DNA of 45,593 bases from a virus: IMG/VR virus record IMGVR_UViG_3300045988_022876; one strand, given 5' to 3'. This document shows, piece after piece, positions 35,597 through 42,916 of the stretch. How positions within the stretch are numbered: position 1 is the stretch's first letter; each line of letters opens with the position of its first letter. The notes below the pieces were generated by a model. The model ran no database searches and was not told the origin of the DNA. It saw only the letters and a program-made list of their open reading frames with translations. Made by a program: the position numbers and the translations under genes.

Positions 35597-35626
35597 TTGA
35601 CAATTATACACAATGCAGTATATAAT
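35597..35626 (+). promoter_or_regulatory. Rightward promoter TTGACA-18-TATAAT
   Basis: -35 at 35597-35602, -10 at 35621-35626. The two -35 boxes form the inverted repeat TGTCAACA / TGTTGACA. Confidence 0.6.
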
Positions 35627-35663
35627 GTTCTCAAAGAACACAAAGCAAGAGAGAGGTGAGAAC

Positions 35664-35801
35664 ATGACGGACACATTAGAAGAGAAGAAAGACGATGCAA
35701 AAGAGTTGGTTGACATCTTGGCAAGAATCCCGGAAGAAAGAAAACGTGAAGCAATCGGGATAATAAAAGGATTTGCGCTTTGCGCAGAAAAAGAACAATA
35801 G
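35664..35801 (+). CDS. Small hypothetical protein (45 aa)
   Basis: ATG follows AGAGGTGAG. First gene of the rightward operon. Confidence 0.5.
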   Translation: MTDTLEEKKDDAKELVDILARIPEERKREAIGIIKGFALCAEKEQ

Positions 35802-35812
35802 GAGGATACCAC

Positions 35813-36547
35813 ATGAATGAGATTTTAACAATTAACTATGAATCGGAGAATCCGACAGTATCAGCTAGGGAGTTACATGAAGCTCTCGGTGTTGCATCGA
35901 GATTCAGCCGATGGTTTGATTCAAACAAGGACTTGTTTATCGAGGGCGAAGATTATAACAAGTGTACATCGAGTACGGTTGTAAATAACGGTGCCATAAG
36001 AGAGCTTGAAGATTATTCTATGTCCGTGTTGATGGCAAAACACATTTGCTTAATGAGCCGGACTGAAAAAGGAAAAAGATGCAGAGATTATCTTATTGAC
36101 TTGGAGAAAGCATGGAACACGCCGGAACAGATCTTTGCAAGGGCGTTGAAAATGGCAGACAAGACCATAGAATCACTTAAAAAGGATAATGCTGTTCTGA
36201 TCGAGGATAATGAGCGCATGAAGCCGAAAGAAATCTTTGCAGACGCAGTATCAGCAAGCAACACGTCTATCCTTATTGGAGATCTGGCGAAGATTCTAAA
36301 ACAGAACGGTGTGAACACGGGGCAGAAACGTCTTTTTGAATGGCTCAGAGATAACGGGTACTTGATTAAGAGTGGCAACAGTAGGAATATGCCTACACAG
36401 AGGTCAATGGAGTTGAAGTTGTTTGAAGTAAAGGAAACAACGGTTGCGAATCCAGACGGAAGTGTCAGGGTAACAAAGACAACAAAAGTGACTGGAAAAG
36501 GACAGATGTACTTTATAAATAAATTAGTTCCGCACGAAGCAGCGTAA
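35813..36547 (+). CDS. Antirepressor (AntA/ORF6N-like N-terminus + KilAC C-terminus)
   Basis: VSARELHEALGV.SRFSRWF, and LIGDLAKILKQNGVNTGQKRLFEWLRDNGYL. Confidence 0.8.
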   Translation: MNEILTINYESENPTVSARELHEALGVASRFSRWFDSNKDLFIEGEDYNKCTSSTVVNNGAIRELEDYSMSVLMAKHICLMSRTEKGKRCRDYLIDLEKAWNTPEQIFARALKMADKTIESLKKDNAVLIEDNERMKPKEIFADAVSASNTSILIGDLAKILKQNGVNTGQKRLFEWLRDNGYLIKSGNSRNMPTQRSMELKLFEVKETTVANPDGSVRVTKTTKVTGKGQMYFINKLVPHEAA

Positions 36548-36651
36548 ATGTCGATAAAAAAAGCATTTTCCGTACTTTTTTAGCCTTTTTTCGCATATAA
36601 ATAATAATATGATAGAAAGAGAGGAAAAATAAGGAGGGAAGATTGCACTAA

Positions 36652-36680
36652 TTGACAAAATAGAACATATGTTCTATAAT
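36652..36680 (+). promoter_or_regulatory. Consensus promoter TTGACA-17-TATAAT
   Basis: -35 at 36652-36657, -10 at 36675-36680. Confidence 0.7.
36661..36676. promoter_or_regulatory. LexA (Cheo/SOS) box TAGAACATATGTTCTA
   Basis: Perfect 16-bp palindrome containing GAAC-N4-GTTC. Fills the promoter spacer. Confidence 0.7.
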
Positions 36681-36724
36681 TTTTATATCGCTACTGTATC
36701 GTGTGGGTTCCGGGAGGTATTGCT

Positions 36725-36841
36725 ATGGAAGAAGAAAAGAAAAAAGAAGAACTGATAAAGATGATTGAAAGCATAGAAAATGCAGATACAATCAAGTATC
36801 TGCATACATTCATAAAAACTTTTTTGGAAGAGTGGGGTTAA
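36725..36841 (+). CDS. Small acidic helical protein (38 aa) under the LexA-box promoter
   Basis: ATG sits 9 nt after GGGAGG. MEEEKKKEELIKMIESIENADTIKYLHTFIKTFLEEWG. Overlaps the convergent repressor stop by 4 nt. Confidence 0.45.
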   Translation: MEEEKKKEELIKMIESIENADTIKYLHTFIKTFLEEWG

Positions 36842-37191
36842 TCCTCACTCTTTCTTTTTAGCATCGAATCAACCATATCAATAATGATCTTACGATCTCT
36901 TTCGTTTAGCAAGCTAATCTTTTTCAGAAGTTTTACATCCTGTTCTGCAAGATTTTCAGATGGTGAGTTTAACTTTTCCATCGGAACATCAAATCCCATA
37001 AGCCACATTGGTTCAACATTTAATATTTTTCCCATTTTTCCGCTGCTTATGTTTGACGGTGCGTGCATCCCACTTAGATACTGGCTGATAGAAGCTTTTG
37101 CGACTCCGCTTTTGTCAGCTAATTCTTGTGGCTTCATATTATTAGTATCTAAAGCTCTTCTTAGCCGTTTGGCGGTGAGTTCATTCTTCAT
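36838..37191 (-). CDS. XRE-family repressor B (CI-like, no peptidase domain)
   Basis: HTH MKPQELADKSGVAKASISQYLSG. The second ATG (37191) is 7 nt from AGGAGG, while the first (37197) is only 1 nt away. Confidence 0.8.
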   Translation of the reverse strand: MKNELTAKRLRRALDTNNMKPQELADKSGVAKASISQYLSGMHAPSNISSGKMGKILNVEPMWLMGFDVPMEKLNSPSENLAEQDVKLLKKISLLNERDRKIIIDMVDSMLKRKSED

Positions 37192-37227
37192 TTGCATACC
37201 TCCTTTCGATTATATAGTAGCATAACG

Positions 37228-37257
37228 AAGTTAAACTTTCAAGTCGAAAAGTTTAAT
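37228..37257. promoter_or_regulatory. Operator palindrome AGTTAAACTTT-N7-AAAGTTTAATT
   Basis: 10/11 inverted repeat. Same motif as at 37284-37304 and 37543-37565. Confidence 0.6.
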
Positions 37258-37273
37258 TATTTTAAACTAAAGG

Positions 37274-37302
37274 GTTGACAAAATAGTTAAACGGTGTTAA
37301 AC
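37274..37302 (+). promoter_or_regulatory. Promoter TTGACA-17-TAAACT overlapped by GTTAAAC operator half-sites
   Basis: -35 at 37274-37279, -10 at 37297-37302. AGTTAAAC at 37284 and GTTAAACTTT at 37295. Confidence 0.55.
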
Positions 37303-37335
37303 TTTAGTCAGAAGCAAACGAAAGGAGGAATTTAA

Positions 37336-37542
37336 ATGCCTTACACTTATAACAAGCTTAGAGGTAGAATCGTTGAGAAGTACGGATCACAGTCCGCTTT
37401 TGCTGATAAACTCGGAAGAAGTCAGGTGAGCGTATCGAGGAAATTGCAGTGCAAGACTGAGTTCTCACAGGAAGATATGAATGTGTGGGCTGGATTGCTT
37501 GACATTGATCTGAGCGAATACGGTGCATATTTTTTTACCTAA
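37336..37542 (+). CDS. Cro-like HTH regulator (DUF739-like)
   Basis: AAGGAGG SD. SQSAFADKLGRSQVSVSRKL. Confidence 0.75.
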   Translation: MPYTYNKLRGRIVEKYGSQSAFADKLGRSQVSVSRKLQCKTEFSQEDMNVWAGLLDIDLSEYGAYFFT

Positions 37543-37565
37543 AAAGTTTAACATCGTTAAACTTC
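37543..37565. promoter_or_regulatory. Distal operator palindrome AAAGTTTAAC-atc-GTTAAACTT
   Basis: Same motif, directly after the cro-like stop codon. Confidence 0.55.
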
Positions 37566-37590
37566 CACAACAAGGAGGTGACAACATAAA

Positions 37591-37782
37591 GTGGTAACAG
37601 CATCAGTCATTTGCGCAGTATGCGGAATAGCTGCACTTGCGATAGCAGCTATCGCAACAGAAATCGAAAAACCGTTATGGCTATTTAAGAAAGTGCCATA
37701 TTTGACTTGCAGCTCTCAGGTTTTGATAAATTTGGCGGTAGCATTACTTCTGATTTATTACATCGGACAAGCTAATGCATAA
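37591..37782 (+). CDS. Small membrane protein (63 aa)
   Basis: GTG start follows AAGGAGGTG (long spacing). Two hydrophobic segments. The 3' end overlaps the convergent gene by 39 nt. Confidence 0.4.
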   Translation: MVTASVICAVCGIAALAIAAIATEIEKPLWLFKKVPYLTCSSQVLINLAVALLLIYYIGQANA

Positions 37783-38115
37783 ATCGTCAAAAAGTTTTTT
37801 TGCTTCGTCAATCCTATTGCTTTTGATGCAGGCATCAAGTTCGCTTATTTGTTTACTTAATTTTTTCGGAACATACAAATAAAGCATTCCTTTTGCTTTA
37901 TTGTACCTGGAAACATTTGCGAGTGAATTTAATTCGATGCAACATCCGACCGCTTCAATGTAAGCTTCGATGGTGACGAATTTTTTATCGAAGTTAAAAT
38001 CCATTTTTCGTATTTTTATTTGGTGCCGGTTGTTTAGAATTGTCGTTATTGTTGGCAAAACAATAGAGCAAAGAGTTAATAAGAGTGCAAAGTTTACTGT
38101 AGAGTCAAATTTCAT
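37744..38115 (-). CDS. Minus-strand membrane-anchored protein (moron / exclusion candidate)
   Basis: ATG 38115 (MKFDSTVNFALLLTLCSIVLPTITTIL) follows AAAGGAGGG. Confidence 0.65.
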   Translation of the reverse strand: MKFDSTVNFALLLTLCSIVLPTITTILNNRHQIKIRKMDFNFDKKFVTIEAYIEAVGCCIELNSLANVSRYNKAKGMLYLYVPKKLSKQISELDACIKSNRIDEAKKLFDDLCISLSDVINQK

Positions 38116-38195
38116 TTTATCCCTCCTTTCAAGGAGAGTATACCACAGAAAGGAAGTGGTTTGGCAATAACAAAAAAAATTACAAAGGAGAAAAG

Positions 38196-38288
38196 ATGGC
38201 ACTGGAAATTATTAAAGACCTGAAAGTAAAGAACAGTATGCTGACAGCAATCAATATCCTGTTGCTGGTATTACTGATCTTAAAGTAA
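38196..38288 (+). CDS. Tiny TM peptide (30 aa)
   Basis: AAAGGAG SD. ...MLTAINILLLVLLILK. Confidence 0.35.
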   Translation: MALEIIKDLKVKNSMLTAINILLLVLLILK

Positions 38289-38300
38289 GGAGGTAGAGAG

Positions 38301-38426
38301 ATGAAGAAAAAGAGGAAACAGCTCAACAGGGAGCTTGATGAAACTCTAGGAGCTGTAGTATCCGCATTATTCCCGATCCTATTCACCATCTTTTTAGTTG
38401 GGTGGTGGGTAGCTTTTGGATACTAA
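38301..38426 (+). CDS. Tiny TM peptide (41 aa)
   Basis: AAGGAGG SD. ...VVSALFPILFTIFLVGWWVAFGY. Confidence 0.35.
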   Translation: MKKKRKQLNRELDETLGAVVSALFPILFTIFLVGWWVAFGY

Positions 38427-38516
38427 GAGCATAAAAAACGCACTTGCCGGACGAATCCGGTCAAGGACACAACAAAAAACACAGCTAAATTATAACACGG
38501 AAAGGGGAGAAAGACA

Positions 38517-38699
38517 ATGACAATCAACAATGACTACATGACGATATCTATTGCTAAGTATGAAAGATTGATCGAAAGTCAGACTAAGCTTCAGATATTT
38601 GAAAGACTGGCAAAGAGAGAACAGACAGCCTACCTTGATGTAGCAGCGGTTCTTGGGATCTTGGAAGTTGGAAGAGAGGAAAAGGGTGATTCCGAGTGA
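38517..38699 (+). CDS. Hypothetical protein (60 aa)
   Basis: AAAGGGGAG SD. Confidence 0.6.
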   Translation: MTINNDYMTISIAKYERLIESQTKLQIFERLAKREQTAYLDVAAVLGILEVGREEKGDSE

Positions 38700-38866
38700 T
38701 CGAGGGATACGATGAATGGAAAACCGCACTTCCAGACGAACCGAAGCCGGTAGCATATTGCGATATCTGCGGTGAGCCATTATACGAGGGAGATTACATC
38801 ACAGATATTTGCGGAGAAAACTGGTGTGACGAATGTCTGAATGGAGATTTAAGGAGGATGTTATGA
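38696..38866 (+). CDS. Small zinc-ribbon protein (56 aa)
   Basis: GTGA overlap. CDICGE...CGENWCDEC. Confidence 0.45.
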   Translation: MIEGYDEWKTALPDEPKPVAYCDICGEPLYEGDYITDICGENWCDECLNGDLRRML

Positions 38867-39471
38867 GCGAAATCCCATTAAAGAAAAAATTGAGCGAGAT
38901 TCAGCAAAAAATAAAAGCTCCGAAGAATTTGTATAATTCTTTCGGCAAATACAATTATCGGAACGCTGAAAGCATTCTGGAAGCGTTTAAGCCGTTTGAA
39001 AAAGAGTACAACGTATTTCTTGTTATTGCAGACGATATCGTTTCTGTAGGAGACAGAATCTATGTAAAAGCTACGGCGTGTTTACATGATTGCGACACGG
39101 AAGAGAATGTATCCGTTACTGCATTTGCAAGAGAATCATCCGAGAAAAAAGGCATGGACGAATCGCAGATCACAGGAACGGCATCCAGCTATGCGAGAAA
39201 GTATGCGCTTAACGGACTTTTTCTTCTTGACGATACAAAGGATGCCGATACAGATGAATACGCAAACCAGAAGAAAGCCGGAGAAAAAGAAACGGCAGAA
39301 CAGAAGAAACGGATTGCACTGAAGAAGAAAGTGATTGACGATATCTGTTCTAAGCATAAGTTAGATGCAAAGATGATCTGCGCTGGAAACGGGTATGATT
39401 ACGACAAAATGACAGAAATGCAGCTCGAAAATATGATCGCAAGCTTAAAGAAGAAATTTGGTGACGAATGA
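38863..39471 (+). CDS. erf: Erf-family single-strand annealing protein
   Basis: ATG follows AAGGAGG. GTASSYARKYALNGLFLLDD motif. Confidence 0.8.
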   Translation: MSEIPLKKKLSEIQQKIKAPKNLYNSFGKYNYRNAESILEAFKPFEKEYNVFLVIADDIVSVGDRIYVKATACLHDCDTEENVSVTAFARESSEKKGMDESQITGTASSYARKYALNGLFLLDDTKDADTDEYANQKKAGEKETAEQKKRIALKKKVIDDICSKHKLDAKMICAGNGYDYDKMTEMQLENMIASLKKKFGDE

Positions 39472-40043
39472 TGGAGTTCACCGGGAAATTTTCAGATCTG
39501 ATGATAGACCTGTTCAGCAAAAAGCAAAAGATAGTCCTAACAGTCAATGAGGACGCAAAACAGGCATTTGAAGAGCTTCGCAACTGCGATCTGATCGATA
39601 TCGTGATTAAGAAGCACCGGAAGAAGAGAAGCCTTGACGCAAACGCTTATTATTGGGTACTGGTCACAAAGCTCGCTAAAGTGCTTAATAGCTCAAATCC
39701 GGAGATTCACAACCATCTGCTAAGAATGTATGGCGAACCGGAATTATTTGACGGAAAAGCCGTATATACAACGATTCCAGACACGGAAGAAGCAGAGAAG
39801 AAAGTTAATGCATCTATGGACTACCACTTAGCACCTACTACACAAGTGCGACAGGGAAATGACGGCGTGATGTATAGAACATACAGAATGATTCGAGGAA
39901 GTCACACGTACAACACGGAAGAAATGTCCAGACTGATTAACGGACTTGTGGAAAGCTGCAAAGAAGCCGGAATGCCGGACAGAGAGATTGCATCCACGGA
40001 GGAACGCCGGATATTGAAAGAGAGGTACGGGATAGATGTCTAA
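39468..40043 (+). CDS. Putative HNHc-type nuclease / NinB-like recombination protein
   Basis: KKRSLDANAYYWVL motif, and position after erf. Confidence 0.55.
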   Translation: MMEFTGKFSDLMIDLFSKKQKIVLTVNEDAKQAFEELRNCDLIDIVIKKHRKKRSLDANAYYWVLVTKLAKVLNSSNPEIHNHLLRMYGEPELFDGKAVYTTIPDTEEAEKKVNASMDYHLAPTTQVRQGNDGVMYRTYRMIRGSHTYNTEEMSRLINGLVESCKEAGMPDREIASTEERRILKERYGIDV

Positions 40044-40329
40044 GAGGTTATGGAGCATATTCACGGACGACATGGATCACTGTATGTATACCGGATATTA
40101 CGGAGTAGAGAGACATCATATATTCTCCCACACCCATACAGAACGGATGCTGTGCGAGAAATACGGATTTATAGCACCGTTAAGACCAGACTTGCATCCG
40201 AACGGCGTACACGCCGGAAAAGAAGCGTCCAAGATAGACAAGGATCTGCGGAAGAGATGCAGAGAGTACTATCTGGAGCATTATGGAACGATAGAGGACT
40301 TCCGACGGGAGTTTTTCTATACATCGTAA
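40036..40329 (+). CDS. Hypothetical His/Cys-rich (HNH-like) protein
   Basis: CMYTG..VERHHIF...LHPNGVH. Confidence 0.45.
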   Translation: MSKRLWSIFTDDMDHCMYTGYYGVERHHIFSHTHTERMLCEKYGFIAPLRPDLHPNGVHAGKEASKIDKDLRKRCREYYLEHYGTIEDFRREFFYTS

Positions 40330-40419
40330 CTTATTAACCGCTCATGCGAAAATAATATATCACGCGGAAATTGCATGAATGGATTCATCCTCCGGGAAAC
40401 CGGAGGGGAAAGGAGAACG

Positions 40420-40737
40420 ATGAACGCAGAAGAGTATTTCGCGAAAATACCGGACGGACATGAAAAAGCTATGGCGCGTCCTTGCAACCAAACGACAGAC
40501 CGCAGATTAAGAGAGATGATCGCAAATGCAAATAAGAATGGTGACTGCATCATAAATGTTGGGAATGGTATTTTCCGTCCGGTTCCGGGCGATCCAGAAG
40601 ACGAAAGACAATTTGCACAGTATCTAAGAAAAGAGCTTGCAAGATCGAGAGCGATACTGTACAAACGGATGAAAATGAAAGAAGCGTTTAAAGGTTGGAA
40701 GAATGGAATATTTTTTAAAGATCAGCGGCAAGCTTGA
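40420..40737 (+). CDS. Hypothetical protein
   Basis: ATG 40420 follows GGGGAAAGGAG. Confidence 0.6.
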   Translation: MNAEEYFAKIPDGHEKAMARPCNQTTDRRLREMIANANKNGDCIINVGNGIFRPVPGDPEDERQFAQYLRKELARSRAILYKRMKMKEAFKGWKNGIFFKDQRQA

Positions 40738-41080
40738 CAATCTGAATGATTATACATCCGCTTGCCGGACAAACCCGTATAAAGGCGCACAGATGAAAAG
40801 AAAGAATGAAGCAAAAGTTATAGCAGCCATTCTGGAACAGCTGAAACGCCTTAGAATCAAGAAACCAGTGTACATGGTGTATGACTGGTACGAACCGAAT
40901 AAAAGGAGGGATTTGGACAATATAAGCTCTTTCGGACGCAAGGTGATACAAGATGCGCTAGTAGAAACGAAAGTGCTTGCAAATGACAGCTGGCGTGACA
41001 TTGTAGGGTTCCAGGACAATTTCTATATTGACACCAAAAACCCACGAATAGAGGTAACTATAAAGGAGATAGAGAAATGA
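40703..41080 (+). CDS. rusA: RusA-family Holliday junction resolvase
   Basis: KRRDLDNISSFGRKVIQDALVETKVLANDSW. Confidence 0.8.
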   Translation: MEYFLKISGKLDNLNDYTSACRTNPYKGAQMKRKNEAKVIAAILEQLKRLRIKKPVYMVYDWYEPNKRRDLDNISSFGRKVIQDALVETKVLANDSWRDIVGFQDNFYIDTKNPRIEVTIKEIEK

Positions 41081-41829
41081 GAGATAGTTTCGTATTTTAC
41101 CGATCTTTTGCAGAATCGGTGAAGAATCTCCCTCCTGAAGAATACAAAAAGGTAATGCAATCCATATTAGATTATGCGTTGGACGGTAAGGAGCCGGAAC
41201 AGTCCGGTATTGAATACACGGTGTTTTGCCTGGTAAAACCTCAGATCGATGCGAATAATAAGCGGTATGAGAACGGTAGAAAAGGTGGCAGACCAAAACC
41301 AAGCGATAACCAAGAGTTAACCAAGGTAGAACCAAACAATAACCAAACAATAACCAAACCAAAACCAAACAATAACCAAACCGTAACCACCCCCGAACCT
41401 AATGTATATGTAAATGATAATGTAAATGTAAATGTTAATGATAAAAAAGATATAGTGGCGCAGACCGAGTACCCGTACAAGGCTGTGATCGATTATTTAA
41501 ACAAAAAAACCGGAAGAGAGTTCAAAGACAAGTCCAAGGATTCTCGCAACCACATAAAAGCCAGATGTGACGAGGGTTACACACTGGAGGATTTTAAAAA
41601 AGTCATTGACAATAAAGTTTCTGAATGGGGAGTGGAGCCGAGGAACGGAGAAAAGGATATGAGACCGTTTCTTAGACCTTGCACACTTTTTGGATCTTCC
41701 CGCAATTTTGAAAATTACCTGAACCAAGGGTTAAGTAAACTAGGGAATGGTGGAAATAGCAAGTTCCGCAACTTTGAAGAACGCAGCTACGACATGGACA
41801 AGCTTACCAGAGAACTACTCGGAGGATAA
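41077..41829 (+). CDS. Replisome organizer / DnaD-like protein with phage conserved C-terminus
   Basis: N-terminus FYRSF..S...L, central N/Q/P/T-rich linker, C-terminus YLNKKTGREFK...IKARCDEGYTLEDFKKVID. Confidence 0.75.
   Translation: MRDSFVFYRSFAESVKNLPPEEYKKVMQSILDYALDGKEPEQSGIEYTVFCLVKPQIDANNKRYENGRKGGRPKPSDNQELTKVEPNNNQTITKPKPNNNQTVTTPEPNVYVNDNVNVNVNDKKDIVAQTEYPYKAVIDYLNKKTGREFKDKSKDSRNHIKARCDEGYTLEDFKKVIDNKVSEWGVEPRNGEKDMRPFLRPCTLFGSSRNFENYLNQGLSKLGNGGNSKFRNFEERSYDMDKLTRELLGG
41299..41386. repeat. Eight CCAA(A/G)-type repeats at exact 11-bp phasing (iteron-like, candidate origin)
   Basis: CCAA at 41299, 41310, 41321, 41332, 41343, 41354, 41365 and 41376. Confidence 0.6.
41401..41444. 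repeat. AT-rich TGTAAATG-type repeats next to the iterons
   Basis: aatgtatatgtaaatgataatgtaaatgtaaatgttaatgataa. Confidence 0.5.
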
Positions 41830-41833
41830 AAGC

Positions 41834-42322
41834 ATGAACAGGTACGAAAGAACGATCAAGTTGCTAAATGACGGATATAGCGTGGCAGAAGTATCCAGGG
41901 AATTGAAGCAGAGTGAATCGACAACATACAGGTACATAAGCATTTGCCGAAACGAAAAAGAGTCGAGCTTCACAGTGCAACGGCATAATCCAAAAGAACT
42001 GGAAAATTTCGTAAAACGAGGAATGCAGACAAGCCAGATTGCAAAGATCTACGGTGTATCAAAATGCACGGTGTCTAACTGGTGCAGAAGAGACGGGATC
42101 CCGACACCGACAGAGTGGAAACAGCAACGGCTACAAGGATTTAATGCAGATAGGCATCTGTGCAAGACGTGCAAATACCGCATGAGAGATAACCTCATGA
42201 AAGGACACGGAGCGAATTGCAATTACATCGGCATAACCGGAGAAAGCCGTAAATGTGACGCTTGCATCTGCGACAAATACGTTTTGGGAAAATCAAAAAA
42301 GAGAAAAATTAAGGAGGGATAG
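41834..42322 (+). CDS. Double-HTH, Cys-rich regulator
   Basis: GYSVAEVSRELKQSESTTYRY and TSQIAKIYGVSKCTVSNWCRR. C-terminal CKTCKY...C..C. Confidence 0.6.
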   Translation: MNRYERTIKLLNDGYSVAEVSRELKQSESTTYRYISICRNEKESSFTVQRHNPKELENFVKRGMQTSQIAKIYGVSKCTVSNWCRRDGIPTPTEWKQQRLQGFNADRHLCKTCKYRMRDNLMKGHGANCNYIGITGESRKCDACICDKYVLGKSKKRKIKEG

Positions 42323-42324
42323 CC

Positions 42325-42912
42325 ATGAAATATAAGGTTGGCGATAAAGTAAGAATCAGGAAAGATTTAGTGATGGGAGGGAATTACGGAGACTCCGTTG
42401 CTGTAGACGATATGGTAGATATGGGCGGAAACGTTGTAACGATCGAAAGAGTTGGTAACTTAGGTTATTACATCGAAGAAGATCCAGACGGCTACTGTTG
42501 GACAGACGAAATGTTTGAACCGGTAGAAGAAATGAGTGCGATAGAAGCACTTGAGATTCTTGCGGAGATATGCATGAAGCAATATACATGCTCTAAATGC
42601 CCGATTCAGTGTATAGATAGACAAAAAACATGCGTTAGCATTAGAAAAGAAAATCCAACAGATGTGGTTAAGGTTCTTGAACAGTGGAAAGCAGATCATG
42701 AGAAAAAGCCGATCGAGACGGAATTTGCTTGCGTTGTTCGAGTGATTGAAGATACGGGCAAAGTGAAAAGATGTGTATACGAGGAAGATGTCACGGAAGA
42801 AAAAGGTGAAAAAATTGGGATTGTAATGAAAAGGGTTTTGGAAGAATACTGCAAAGAGCATGAGGGGAAATTCTTTACAGTGTACGAAGAAATATGCCGG
42901 GTAAAGGAGTAA
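42325..42912 (+). CDS. Hypothetical protein
   Basis: AAGGAGGG SD, 195 aa. Confidence 0.7.
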   Translation: MKYKVGDKVRIRKDLVMGGNYGDSVAVDDMVDMGGNVVTIERVGNLGYYIEEDPDGYCWTDEMFEPVEEMSAIEALEILAEICMKQYTCSKCPIQCIDRQKTCVSIRKENPTDVVKVLEQWKADHEKKPIETEFACVVRVIEDTGKVKRCVYEEDVTEEKGEKIGIVMKRVLEEYCKEHEGKFFTVYEEICRVKE

Positions 42913-42916
42913 GAAA

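Noticed and set aside
35551-35814. 88-aa N-terminal extension of repressor A (213-aa ORF in the track)
   Set aside because: The extension would run through the divergent promoter/operator region and the start of the rightward operon. It is Leu/Cys/Ser-rich with no SD. The HTH domain begins just after the internal start.
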